Below the pieces are notes generated by a model, which ran no database searches, was not told where the DNA came from, and worked only from the letters and a program-made list of their open reading frames with translations. The translations under genes were made by a program, and so were the position numbers. 64,000 nt of DNA from Stylophora pistillata. Its lineage: Eukaryota. Within the stretch, counting starts at the first letter, position 1. The number at the start of each line of letters is the position of its first letter. Positions 35,601 to 49,500 of this stretch are shown one piece after another. The stretch lies in assembly GCF_002571385.2 (NCBI RefSeq), contig NW_019217914.1, positions 256,552 through 320,551 on the forward strand, written 5' to 3'.

Positions 35601-38600
35601 TCGATAAGGGAAACTTCAAGTTTTTCTGTTCTATGCCTTTTGCTGCCTTGTCATTCAACACCTCTAATCATACACAAAACCACCAGCTATGCAACCAGAC
35701 AGCAGTGGGTCACGTCACCTAGAAGCTAAAAAAATATGTGTGACGCGTGTATGTGCACGTCGTTTATAATTGTTCTTGCAAAAACATTTCTTAGGTATAC
35801 ATACCTAGCAGTTGTTACCACAGCAGCTTTGGGTAATCCAGTTGTCCCTGAAGTGTATATATACAATAATACATCTGGAATGAAAATTGTAAAGGTAAAT
35901 ACATGAGGGAAATAATAAGAAAATGATAAGGAAAAGTTATTACTGGTATTACCAATGAGGCTGCATTCTCACTCAGTGCCTGAGCATTAGTGCTAGGGGC
36001 ACTGGCACACAATGGTACTGTGTTCAGACATTGAGTATGCAATATTTGAATTTGAATTTAATTCATTCACCATGGGAATGGCAGGAGTAAGGAACAGAAC
36101 TTTCGTCCCAATTGACACCGAACCCCTTTTGTACCCACTCATCCCACCCCACGGGAGGACATCCATCACACAGTAATCTCGTGCGTGGGAAATTAACGTC
36201 TCCTACCCCCAACCCTGCAGGAGACGGGACCTCCATTTATTCCTCCCCATCCGAGAAGACTAGAATATCTAACCATTTCTTGATGTTATAGAAAGGTAGC
36301 AAATTCTTCTAAATTATTTTAAGACCTTGAGTGTTGGTCCTATCTCAATCCCCAGTTCAGTGCCCAAGTACAAGGTCTTGCATGGGCACAGTTCTGGTGT
36401 GGGTACTTGAAAAAATAGTTGAATAGTTTAAAAACAAATATTACACCACAGCCAAGGGCTGAGTTGCATGATATTTTAAAATAATATACTATATTATAAT
36501 AGATACAGGAGTATAATGCATGCAGGAATATAATAAAAATTATAATTGCATCAGAAACTATAAAAAGATAAAATATCACTAAGATCAAGTAATACTAGGC
36601 AGGCTTGATCAATCAAATATTCATAGTCGGCACATGCTTGGGATGAAGGACTGCTGAAAACACTTGGCGTGCATGCCAGGGAGGTCATATTTCCAAATTC
36701 TCCTTGGGTTATAATGGTTTACATGATTGGTAGGAAATAAGCGAGATAGTTTGCGGTCATTAGAGATTGCATCAAACAGTTTAGAACACTGTTCCTCGTG
36801 CCGAGACTGCAAAGTGTCAAAATTATAGCTACATCAAAAAAAGGTGTATTCACATTAGTGCCCATCAAGAATCGTGCTTAGGCACCAAGTGCAAATGCAG
36901 CCTAAGAGATGAATTCTGTCTTAGTTACAAAGACAGGAGTTTTGGTCAAAGATGAAAATACACAAGAGGCTGAACATGTAACAAGAAAAGAAACCAGACG
37001 GAGCTGAAATCCCAACCGCCAGGTCTGCAACCATGACTCTTTGACCCCTAAGAGTGTCTAGCACCTAATTTCTCCTTACTGTATCACTGCTGAATCAAAT
37101 GAGAAGTTATGAGAATAAAGGAAATGATCATCAACTAAAGAAGCTTTTAAAATCTCCTTGTCAGAATGCATAGAGAACAGTAGGGAGAATATGGAAACTG
37201 ATGGTTGAGTGCAGAAAGGTTAACCATTAGGTAACCACTAGGTAACCACTAGGTAACCACTAGGTAACCATATCCAGTGGCTGATCCAGACCTTGAGCTA
37301 AGGGGGGGAGGGGCACTTTTGTTTGTGTGTGTTCACCTGCCAGCTTTTTTTTCCCATGCATTTTTTTTTTACCCAAAATTAGAGGGGCCAGGCACCCCCC
37401 CCCGCCCCCCCATGCCCCTTCCCTAGATCCGCCACTGAAATCTCACAATGTTGTACTAAGAAACTGTCAAAATGTTCTTATAAAGCTGAGATTGACACTC
37501 AGTGAACCAAAAGAAGTATGGTTTCCTGTCACATACAATCCCACAATACCCATCAACTTTGGTCAACAAATTATTTTGGACAGCGTTAACTTCATATTGA
37601 AACATACAATCATTTTATATCATTACCGGCAAAACACTTAGGATGATTGACTGCAGACATCACAGGTGAACTTGCTTCAATTTTCTGGTTCAAATGAACT
37701 ACAGAGGCCATAAAAGTTGATTTAACTCCTAGGGAGTAGAGCTCAACAACTTCTGGAATTTTTGTCCGGATTTCCTTCATAGGACCTTAAAAAAAATGAA
37801 CATTAGGTCAATTTTGTGGATGTTTTCAACTGAATGCTAAAATAAATGACAACAATTGATTAATCTGGGAAAAAATTAACATGAAACTGCAGGGCAAAAA
37901 TGACTGAGACCCTTGTGAGAAGGATGACAATTGTCTCACTGTGTTCATGAAGGCTTGAGAATAAATTCCCTAATATGATTCCAGAAAACACTACAATCAA
38001 TGACGAAAGAGTTGGGGATATTTTCCTTTTCTCCTACCCTATGCAAAAATTAACTCTTCATACTAACAGATTTGCTATTTCATTCAATAAACCAAGCAGC
38101 AGACTTCTCCCTCTTAAATGTTTTACCCTGTCTCTAAAAAGAGAGATCTCAATCAAATTACCTGACAGATCTGTACCAAAGATCACTGCTCTAACAGAAG
38201 CTACAGATATACAGTGAAAAAGTGAATCTGAACGCAAGTTGGTGTTGATTAGTGCTGTAACTACACCAAGTTTGGATAATCCAAGCCAGATGCAAATAAA
38301 CTCTGGGCAGTTCTCCAAGTAAAGGGCTACCACATCGCCTTTCTGGTATCCTTGTGATTTGAAAAAATTTGCAATCCTGTTCGAATATTCATCAACTTCT
38401 TTAAATGTCCATGTTCTCTTTTCAAATACAATGGCAGCCTTTTGAGGATGCTTGGACACTGTTTCCTGAAATATGTCGGAAATTGTATGTTTGTTCTTTA
38501 CATGGAGTCGAGTGGTGATAAGCAGATTGGCAAAACGTGAGAAACCCCTGGTGACGATAGAAAAATCATACAGAAAGTAAGCCAACAAATGAAGTCAGTC

Positions 38601-40003
38601 TGATATCATGGCATATTCCCATTATAACTTAAGTATACACACAATGAGTAGCTCTATGGTTACTGCCCTCCAACATGGATTAACATCTAAATTTGAGCCA
38701 TTGCCAAGTTACCGCATTGTATTCTTAAGCAGGAAATAGCACTCTCTTCACCTGGGATTACTATAATACAAATGGTTACTGGGGAGCTGTCAAGGTAACC
38801 AGCTGATAAAATACTACAAAGGGAGGAGGGTTACCCTAGTATCCTACCTATGGTGAAGTAATAATACTCTAAATCACCTTACAACATTAAAAAATGACAT
38901 AAACTACTTCTGGCTTACAAGTCACAAGCTGATTTAACTGCATGTAGAGACTTAATGGGAGGGGGGGGGAGGGGACTATGTATGAAAGTTAAGTAACTAT
39001 GCCATTGATTCTTCACATTAGCAAACAAATTAAAGATTGCTCCTCTTCATCTCATCATAAAAACTAATATCATCAAGTAAATGGGTCTTCTGTGGTTATG
39101 TGAACTACTTCACAAACTTTGATTATGTGGAAGTCCAGGAGAGAGTAATTTGCTTTAAAATTAATGTAAGGATGTAAAGCCCTCAAGAACCATTTCCTAT
39201 TCATGCTTGTACAAAGAGTTTTCACGTTTCAAAGATAAAGTTCCCTCTTTACTTTAAAGGCTTTTAAAGACTAAGTAACAAACAGATCTATGTCATTCTG
39301 TGTTTGGCATGATTTCCGCACATATCCGTATTTCATTATTAAGACATACAGATCTTGGATAAAACAAAGTGTATTAGGCACTACAGCTTTGATTTGGAAT
39401 AATATAAAAATCTTTCCTCTTGTTTTCAGAAGCTACATGTAAATGCATAGGCCAATTCAAGGGCATGATAAAAATTGACAAAATCACTTGTAAACGAAAT
39501 GTAAGAGCTGAATAAGTTTGCATGACCAAAATTAAATATCACTATTAATCGATTCTTACAGGGTTCGATAAATTATGCAAACTGTTTCAGATCAGAGATG
39601 AGATAATCGTATTCAATAATCGTTTCTTCAGCAAGCGACGTGTTTTTGAGCTCAAAAGCATGTGTAAAGGAAACTAATGTTCTTAGGTGCAACTAGTAAG
39701 CCAGCAGTATCATTCTAATACTGCATCCGATACAATGTATATAAGAAGTTCATATATACTGCATCTGTTACCCGATCGATTATCGTTCTGTAGAGGCCAT
39801 ATTGTAAGTAGGAAAAACACATCGAACAAATACACCTACTTTATATCGCGCAAAATTGTTCGAAAGAACACTCGCGGAAAATCCTTTCCTCCAGATGCTA
39901 GAAACGCCACAAACAGAAGAACAGGAAAGACAATGAATGGAAGCCGAAAGTAAACCACGATCGTGGCAAAACTAGCCACAATTGCAGCCCAGACGTAATA
40001 CAT
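32614..40003 (-). CDS. Long-chain fatty acid transport protein (SLC27A1/A4-like), copy B
   Basis: Same motifs as copy A ([54 protein letters not shown]). Exons approx 40003-39840, 38547-38162, 37785-37627, ~35875-35806, ~35382-35181, ~34214-33842, ~33186-32614; intron positions are shared with copy A. Confidence 0.93.
34458..34740. repeat. Dispersed MITE-like repeat; second copy at ~54490-54735
   Basis: Shared motifs ttttcaat..tgt..aaaa, gattggt, cgcg, ccaatca; termini tagaacg...cgctcta. Confidence 0.5.
36050..36812 (-). mobile_element. LINE 3' fragment (36812-~36340) abutting a headless SINE copy (36340-36050)
   Basis: Peptide LSRLFPT...YNPRR...CFQQSFIP resembles a LINE RT C-terminus. The SINE body matches 27650-27850 and the tail is (aaattc)n. 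Confidence 0.65.
37228..37270. repeat. 11 bp tandem repeat (taggtaaccac) x4
   Basis: Seen directly in the sequence. Confidence 0.9.
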
Positions 40004-40539
40004 TTTCCTTGATTTGATGTGACGGACAACTCGAGTTGGAAAAGACAGCTTTTTTAGACAATCCGTCCTTCCTTGCATGAATCTGCATTCCAGAGTTAGC
40101 ACAACCAGTACAGTGGTGTAGAAATACAAGTACGTTCGTTCTTAATTAAAAACATGGCGAGTGTCTTTAACGATTAATTATCGATTGACATCTTTCGGAA
40201 CGATTGATTATTGACTAATAATGGTCGTTAGGTTGAGGCGCGGTAAATAGTTAGCACCCTAGAGACGCTTGCTGTCATATAAAGACCAATCAACTGTGTT
40301 TTGCTCTTGAAGTCTTATCGGTACATTCGATCGAATTAGTTCTCGCAAGAGTTTCTTTAGTGAGGTGATATCTTAAACTATGAAGGCGACGAAATCGAGA
40401 AGCCAGTTGACCAGTTTACTGATTTGATGCCAGCATTTTCCAAAGTTTGCAGGGTATCTAATTCCTGCGTCGTTTCATGTTTGTGCACAATTTGATCTGA
40501 CTTTGGAGGAGATAGTCAAGGAATTGAAGCTAGTTATAA
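40004..40539. promoter_or_regulatory. Probable bidirectional, CpG-retaining promoter region between FATP-B and the PLAT-ankyrin gene
   Basis: Divergent start codons at 40003 (-) and 40540 (+). CpG is locally abundant relative to the flanking introns. Confidence 0.6.
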
Positions 40540-43500
40540 ATGAGTTCGGCTTCTGTAACGAAAACTGTGGCAAAGAAATTGTAAGTATATCTTTTACCTC
40601 GTCGTTTTATTCCACAACCGTCTTATGCGGAGCTTGGAACAAGGGATTAACACACGAATGTTTGCAATAGAAACGTCTCACCAGTGCAAGATCGTTTATT
40701 TAATTTAGTGTCTTAGAAATCAATTATCTTTATCTGCATCGACGAGGAAATAATGTGGGGGGGCTTAGCTTTATTATTTACTGGAGAAGTCTTTTACGAT
40801 GACCATTTTATTGAGTTTGCTTTCGATGCGGTGGCTAAAGTAACACGTTGTTTCTATTGATCCAAAAGTAGGGTTAGTGAATAGGAGTTTGAAGAGCCGT
40901 AGTATAATTACGGTAAATAGAAACTTCAAACTTCACAATCGCTTTTATTTCCGCGTGAAAGGTTTCCAATTTGCTCGATTTTAGTTTGGTTTGAAGTTTC
41001 GGTGAGCTTGGTTTCGTTATAGTTGCATTAGACTAGTTGCGCCAAACGTTTCAAATATAACTAATTTTCTATGGTCTCTGTAGTGTATATAACTTGACCG
41101 TGAGTGGACTACTTGATAAAATCTTAAGTGGAATGCTATCGTAACTTTTAAAATAGAGCAAAAAAGGAGAGGATTAAGCACATGGTTTGTATCACTTCGT
41201 AGAAATGGCATTTCATTGAGTAAAGATGACTTAACGCAGCCTGTCAAAGGCATATAACCATAATGTCAGTCCATAGATCCAAAATTGGATATCCGCATCA
41301 GTTTGATAGTAATTGGACAGTAGGTTTTTAAGTAAATATTATCATGTGACTTTGGCCAATTATTACTTTGGGAAAATCATAATGGATGGAGTGATATTTC
41401 ATGGTTGGGAACAGTTTTATATTTCTTTATGAGCTGATTTTGTTTTTTGTTTTGTTTTGTTTTGTGTTTTTTTTTTATCAGAACATTTAGCTCCATTAAA
41501 AGTTGTCATGAAATTAACTTAATACAGTGGAACCTCAATTGAATGAAATGCCAAGGGACTGGGGAAAGTGGTTCATTATATCAAGGGTTCATTATATCAA
41601 CGTTCTGTGGCATACATTTTACTGTAACTTCAGCTGGGCTGAAACTGAAGTATTGTTTGTTATACCAAAGACTTTGTTATAGAAAGTTTCGTTAAATTGA
41701 GCTTTCAGTCTGTAATTGTAAAGTAAGGTGAGCGCCTATTTTGTTAGGGACTTGTACAGCCATTTTTTTCCCACCAGGTGTGTGTAAGATTTTTGATATT
41801 TTAAAATTCAAAAACTTCAGTTATCATGTGCTGAAATGAATGTGTAGTTATGACATCAAACTTTTCCTAAAGCTGTTAAAAATGTTAGAACTGAACAAAG
41901 AAGGACAATGGATTAGTCTATATCTGAAATAGATGGAATGCTTTAGTTGAATTGAATAAAGGCTGATAGTTTCTAAAGAAACTGTTTAGGGCTGTGTCGG
42001 TGGGGGTATTGAAATAATTTGAATATATTAACAAAGTTGAAATGATAAATTGGCCACTGTTACGATTATAAAAGCTGAAGTTTCGAGCGTTAGCCCTTCG
42101 TCGGAGCTTTTATTATCGTAACAGTGGCCAATTTTCCATTTCAACTTTGTTGATATATTCAAATTATTTGGTTGATTTGGTTCAATCTAACTCCTCCTGA
42201 ACTGTTTTTAAAAATAACTAAGTGGAAAATGTGAGTCATTTTATCAAAAGACATGTTAATATGCATAATATTGAAAATCCTCAATTTCTAGGATAGAAAC
42301 ATGAAAGTGGTTCCATACATTTTGAAGCAGTAATGTGAAAACATCATACAAGGTCACTTTACCAGTGTTTCTGGACCTTTTTAGCATTTATTAAAGAAAA
42401 AAAATTAAAGAGGAGAATGGAATTATTTGATGAAAACAAGTGATACTTGAACTGGTAAAAGTATGTTTTGAGTATAGAAAGATTCTAAACATCAAAAAGG
42501 AAAGATAAGTATACTTTTTTATTCTGAAATATCTTGATTCATCAATGGTTACTTCCTTTTAAATATAAATTCTGTTTTCTAAGGACTGGTTCCTTCATTT
42601 TTTTTTAAAAAAAAGACAGTACTCATCTGTGTTAAGTATGACTGATGGTTCGCTGGAGTAGTGAGATTTATGTAACCAATGTGTTTTTAATTAGAAAGAA
42701 GTACTATCATAAATGAGCCCATTTCACTTCCTTCCTGTATGTTAGCTCAAACCCACTAGTGACGAAGACAGAATTTCTTATTATAATATCAGTCAGGGCT
42801 CAACTTTAACTTTCCAACTTAGTAGCCAACTGGCTAGTGACATCTTAGATGTTATGACAATTTCAGTTTGTTCACTAGCCAAACTGGCCAGTGAAAATCA
42901 AAAAACCACTAGCCAAAACTGAATATTTCTACTAGTCTGTGGCTAGTGGGCTACTTACTGTTAGTGTTGAGCCCTGTCATTGTTAACAATACCAAGAAGA
43001 CAAGTAATGAGACTAAAGAAAAATGTCTATTATATGAGATAATTAGACTTAGTTGATCTGATACCAAATTCTCCAAACTAGCAACATAAGAATTGTATAG
43101 AAGACATTAAGGAGAAATTATCACTATTGAGATCTTGAGGGTGAAATTCAACGGTGTTGATACAAATTTGGTTTTGTTTTGTTTTTTTTTTTGTTAGTCT
43201 CAGGTGAAATACACATGCACAGATCATACAAATTTATCTCAAATATCACTAGCCTGTAGAAGCAAAGAACAGGTTTATTTAATGAATATTATTATATAAA
43301 TAGTAGATTAAAAAAAAAGAACTATGTCTTGGATAGTATATGATCATTATTGCACTTGTTTATATATTTAAAAGACTGTTTTCATAAATAATTGAATAAT
43401 TTCCATACCTAGAGGTAATCATACAGAGGTAATTGTCATTGTTCAAGTTTGGAATTGTAAGCCAATTAGCATAAATCACATACAATTTCTGACAGTTTAT

Positions 43501-46500
43501 TTAGAAATTTTATCAAATCAAAGCACTTCCTGAGGAAGTTCTAGGTTGCAATAGAAAAGATAGTTTTTTTTCTTGTGGGTAAGCCATGGGACCAGGCTAT
43601 GCATTTCTAGAAAACATTTGTGAAATGTTGTATGATGGGCATCAGACTGACAATAAATGATTCATGTGTTAAAAAAACATTACTCAGTGTTTCCATGGTC
43701 CCATAACTTTGCCAGATTACAATATTCTGTGTAAATCCTTTGCAAGCTTTCAGTTGGACTTATTTAAGCAACAAGAGCAAGTGATCAGACTGTGACTCAA
43801 CAACTTTTGTTGGTGATTTGTATTTACTGGCACTGTCTGGTGTTCAATTTGATCATGATTTCATGTGGAAGATTATCTTTGGAATAATATATGAAGAGGA
43901 CACTAGAGAGGAATTTGAATCGTCAACGTTGCCGCAACTCTTGTCTGTATTTTCTAGCAGAGGACACGGACTCTGAACATGGCAGTGATAAGATGTATGA
44001 TACAAAATAAGCGATTGAGATTATTTTTTCAACTGAAGTGAAAACTATTTTTGTTACTTTATTTTATGTGCATGATTCCATGTTTGCATGTTACATTTAA
44101 TTTGTGCTCATTATTCATTAAGTTCTTGTGTTAAAAAGAAACATTTTACCTCTTGTACTGTTTTTTTTTTAATATTTACAAGAATATGGTTCTATCTAAT
44201 AGTAAGTTGGAGATTTGTCTAATGTTATTTTGATAGTTTCAGATGAGAGAACAAGTTTCTTTTAACAGTAAATGAAACTTGTGAACACAATAAGGTCTAG
44301 TTTATTTTTTGTAGTTCAAGTTAATCTGAGATATTTGGATAATGTAAAGACATTGAGTTTGTACATAATTTGTGCTTTATGCGATGAGTGTATTTTTTGT
44401 CTGCAATAATTGTTGTTTGTTTTTGCTGTAGGAAGTACTATCTAGATGTACAAAGGAGAGAAGACGGTTTTGATTTATCAGGTCCATTTCATCCTAGAGA
44501 AGATCCAATTCCACTGAGAGCTGTAAGATATTTTTTCTTTATAAATTACTGCTTATTTCAACCATGAAATTGATAGTACAGTTCTCAATAACACTGAAAA
44601 AAAAAGTGATTGAAAATAAGAAAGATGGAACTCTTATTTTTTCTTTTAATTTTCACACTGACATCTACATACACCAGTTAAGCTCTTGACGCATTCCTGT
44701 AAAATGCCAGTTTTGAAGTCTTCTTTGCAAGAAATCCTCATATGTCACACTGAAAAGATGTTAGAATTATTGACATAAACTTAATAGGAAATATATGCAG
44801 CTTACATTTAATAACTTGGTAAGGTTTTTCTATAATTCCACAAGTTACCTTCTAGAGAAGGTGATGATGTTGCATCTGGTCACAAGGCTGGGGTCTAGCC
44901 TTACTTTTGCTCTTGGGCGACTCAGGAATTTTATTTTTTTCATACAATGGGCACCCTCGATATCACAGTTTCAGAGCACTGGCTCCATTTAATTTTCCTT
45001 TGAGCACAGCCTTGGCTTGTATTTAAATAACTTTCTCTTGATGACTTCTTCTTCAACCTTTTCATAAATCAATATAATTATTTAATGATAGAAGCATGTG
45101 AAAAACATTTTTATCACACTAAAATTGGCTAAAAACAAATGTCTAATACTTTTCCCTTAATTTGTTTTTTTTTTTTTGTGTCAAACCCAGGGTCCAACTT
45201 TGGACTATGATGGGATCCATGACAGGAGCTTAAAACACTATTTTCACAGTCCTAAAATTAGGAGACATTTACAAAACATGCACACGGTAAAGGACCAAGA
45301 CTCTAGGGAAGGTTCTGTTAGGAACTTTGTGGATCAGACTATGGCATCTGTAGACTACAGACTGAAGCCTGGGCCAATCTCACCGTATGCTTTGCCGCAG
45401 ACTGCTCCACAACAACCTCCTGCTCATCGACCACATGCTACAATGTCAGTTGATCAGTACATGAAGACAAAGAGGGGTGCTAAAAGAAGGTAATTGTGGT
45501 GATGAAGTTGGTTTAAGTCTTCTTCTAAATGTGGTAGCCAAGTGGTTGCTCTAACAGAGTATGGATCCAGAGGTCGGCACTTATTATAAGCTCTGTTCAC
45601 GTGTTTTTGTCTTGGTCTTGAGTGAGATGCTTTCCTAACACAGTGGCTCTCTTGACTTTTGATTTAGTAGTATAATGAGTTTGATGAGTGCCTGAACCCT
45701 GTCAGGGAAACTTGACAAATTGTTAGGGGGAAAAACAATTTTCTAGTTGCTTCATTGATATGTAAAACAGTGTCCATTTATAATTTGGGGTTGATTGAGA
45801 ATAAAATATCTTTAGAAGAACACAACACCACAACCATAGCCATGCCTCAACCCAAACTAGGTGTAAGTAAAGTCCCACTACCTTTATTCAACTCATACAA
45901 ATGGCTCACACAGAACTGTTAATAAGCCTCCCACCAAGAAAAAATGGAGAAGATTCTAATTATCATCTTAAGTGTAAGGTGTATTTTTATGTTTTATTGT
46001 TATTTTCTTTTAGAAAAATCCCTCCAAATGTTGTTGGAAGACCAAGGAGAATAGCAAGACGATCTCCTCCCCAGCATGTCAGCCGAGATGAAAGGGAAAG
46101 ACTAGTTAACATGGCAACTAAGCTGATTGTTGCCACGGTAAGGAAAAGGCATCACGTTTGCTAAACCTAAAGCTCAAAATGAAACTTAATACTCAATGTA
46201 CACTGTACTCTTTGTTATTTTAGGAAACAGTAGCTCTACCTGCCACCAAGAAACAAAGCAAAGGGTTTCAGGCATCGGACAAGGTAAGCTATCCAGACCA
46301 GTGATCAGTTCCTCTTGTTTGGCCTATTTACACCTTTACTGTGTTGCAAACCAAAGCACTAGGTAAGCCCAAGAATTATTCCTCATTTCTTCATGTCTTT
46401 GTGCATCCTTCCCTTCCATCCCTTCTTCTTAGAGTTGTTCCTTCTGTCTTTCCTTCCTTTCTTTTTATTTTTCTTCTTGTATCCTGTGTACCTACACAAC

Positions 46501-49500
46501 CTTGTATATGTAACTCGACCTTTGTATTTTCTTCACCATCTTTCTAAAGCCCTTCCTTGTGAAGTTAATATAGTTAGTGCACATCTGACTTTCACTTATC
46601 ACATACGTAGGAAATACCAAGACTTCAAAGGGAGAAGCAATGCCGTGCAGCAACAGAGTCTCTCTCCTCAGGTACATGATATTGTAATTGATAAAACCTG
46701 TGATAACCTGAGGTATTTTGTTGGGACGGGACGCTCACATTGTGCAGATTAGATTCCTCACATGTAGTTTTTGTTTTAATCAGATTCTGAGAGTTCTCAA
46801 AGAATTTCAAGACGTCCTTCTCCGCCAAAGGTTAGCATTAATGAAGTATTTATTCAATTCTTTTATTTCTCAAACTGAACATCAAGTTTGCTATGCCTTA
46901 CCTCATAACTAAAAAAGGCGACACTCAGTTCTTCTTTAACAAAAGACTTGCAAACCACTTGTGGATTAAGAATGATTTACTTATAATACTTTTAATGAAG
47001 TTACTGTTTTTCTGATGCATTCTCCTCAGCCCAAACCTAGATCAGCTCCACCAAGAAGACCAGAGTCAGCATTTTTCAAGTCCTCCCCAACTGGAAGAGA
47101 TGGAAAGAAACTCACTAGGAGTGGTGTTCATGTTGTACTCCCGGGAGGATCACAAAGTGATGATGGTGATGAGCGACTCAGGTATATAATGTAACACCAG
47201 TAGGAATTCAATGGTGTTTTTCCAACAAAAAGTCTTTAAGGTCTACTGTGTAACTGGAGTTCACATTTGTGGACTCGTATAAAATGATAACATGCAACTT
47301 GGTCTCAGTTAAGACAGTACTAAATTTATTTTGTTATGTTCTGGATGATCTCTGGTGCATGGCATTAGAAATCTGTTCATTAAACAATGTCTGGGTTTTT
47401 TATTTAATAAATAAATACTTTTACTCAATCTTGTACATTATAGATTTATAATACTGAGAAATAATACAAATGGATGTTAAATAACTGTTGAGTTTTTTTT
47501 TTTTAGTCAGCCTCCAGTAGTACTATAGTGTGATAGTAATCTGTTAATCAAACAATATCTTGGTTTTTTTATTTAAATAATGTAATTGTAAGCTTGATCT
47601 TTATGTAACAAAGTTACCCTAATGGATTTTTTCAGATCCCTTATTGGACGCATGAATTTAGATGGACGCGGTAGCAGTATTATGGCATCACATCACCGAC
47701 CAAAAGACTTGCGACCTAAGAGTGCTGGTTTACCACTGAAATCACAGGCTGTTGGACCAGATGAAGAAAGCTATGATGATGATGAACTTGAAAGTGTTGG
47801 ATCTCAAAAATTATCATCAACACATACGCCAAGGATGTCATGGATGGAAATAGAACATGACATGATTGATATGTCAACACAGACAGTTGTCCATTCAGGT
47901 ACAATTTGACAATTTGTAATTATGATGGGTGATAAAAGGCCATACTGATTTTTGCATGTATTAGAAATTTTTCTCTTGTACACGGAAAATTGACCATGAA
48001 CTCAAAAGAAAAGACCTGAACTTGAAATAGAACAGGATGTGATCTAGCAACAATTTTTCATTGAGCAAGGAATGCAGTGAAGAACACTCATTTATGTTTC
48101 TTGCAATTGCCTGAGCTCTTCGCATTACTACCAGGAATGTGTTTGGCTAGGGTACTAATAGAAGAAAGGCTGATAGTTTCTAAAGAAACTGTTTGGGGCT
48201 GCGTCGGTGGGGGTAATGAAATAATTTGAATATATCAACAAAGTTGAAATGGTAAATTGGCCACCATAACGGTTACAAAAGCAGACGTTTCGAGCGTTAG
48301 CCCTTTGTGGGAGCGAATGACAAAGGGCTAATGCTCCAACAAAGGGCTAACGCTCAAAACGTCAGCTTTTATAATCGTAACAGTGGCCAATTTACCATTT
48401 CAACTTTGTTGATATATTCAAACTAATAGAAGAGTTTAGCTGAAGTTCAATTTACGCTTGGGTTACCCTCGCTTTCCCAAGATCTCATTGGTAATCCTCC
48501 CTACCGGTTTTCATACAATTATCACCACCATAAGTTTGGAGAATTTGGTATTGGATCAACTTATAATTATCCCCTGATTTTCTTATTTTCCTTATTCTCA
48601 TTACTTTTTTGCTTGATGTTGTATTGATATTGTGAGGAGAAATTCTGTCTTGGTCACTCATAGGAGTTGAAGGGTCAAAGGAAGGATTACTTATTAGAGA
48701 TAAGACAGCAATCAGATAAAGGTGTTTGAAAAAATTTAATTCACATACCATCACATTCTGTGATAGCCTACATGCCTTTCTGCAAAATGACAGCTGAAAA
48801 TTAAAACCACTTCATTTAAAATTACAATTGGAACTTTGTACAGGCAGAAACATTAGCCTAATTAATTTCACAGAAGGGTCTGTGTTCATTTGGGAGTGGA
48901 CTTCCCTTAAAGATGTTTCCTAATGTTTTCAGGTACACAAACTGCTACACAAACTGAAAATTAAGACTGCTTGATTTAAAATTACAGTGGAACTTTGTAG
49001 AAAAATTAGCCTTCTTAATTTCACAGAAGGGTCTGTGGTCATTTGGGAGTTGATGTCCCTTAAAGCTGTGTCCTTATTTCCAGGTACACAAACTACTAAA
49101 CAAACTGATAATGATGATAATGAGCAAGTTGAGCGGCATATCATCCTACCTCCAAGACTGTCTCCAATCGTAAGAGACAGCTCAGAGAAAGTCAAAGAGG
49201 TGGGTGTCTCTACAATCACGGCAACACGAGGTGCCAGTACCACAGACGTACCAACATCCACCCCTCTCTCAGCCGAGACACAAACAAGGAACAGAGACCT
49301 GGAACCCAAAGGTGAGAATATGCTAATTTTTAAGAGTGATTATTGTCTAGTAAGGCATGTATTGTTGTCAATAAAGTGAAGCAAAGGGGCCAAATGTTTG
49401 CAAATCTGCACTATTCGCAAGTGAGAAGGAAAACCACATTTTACCATCAGTTAACTAACAACACTGAACCTCATTCTGGCCTTTGTCCAAATATAATCCC

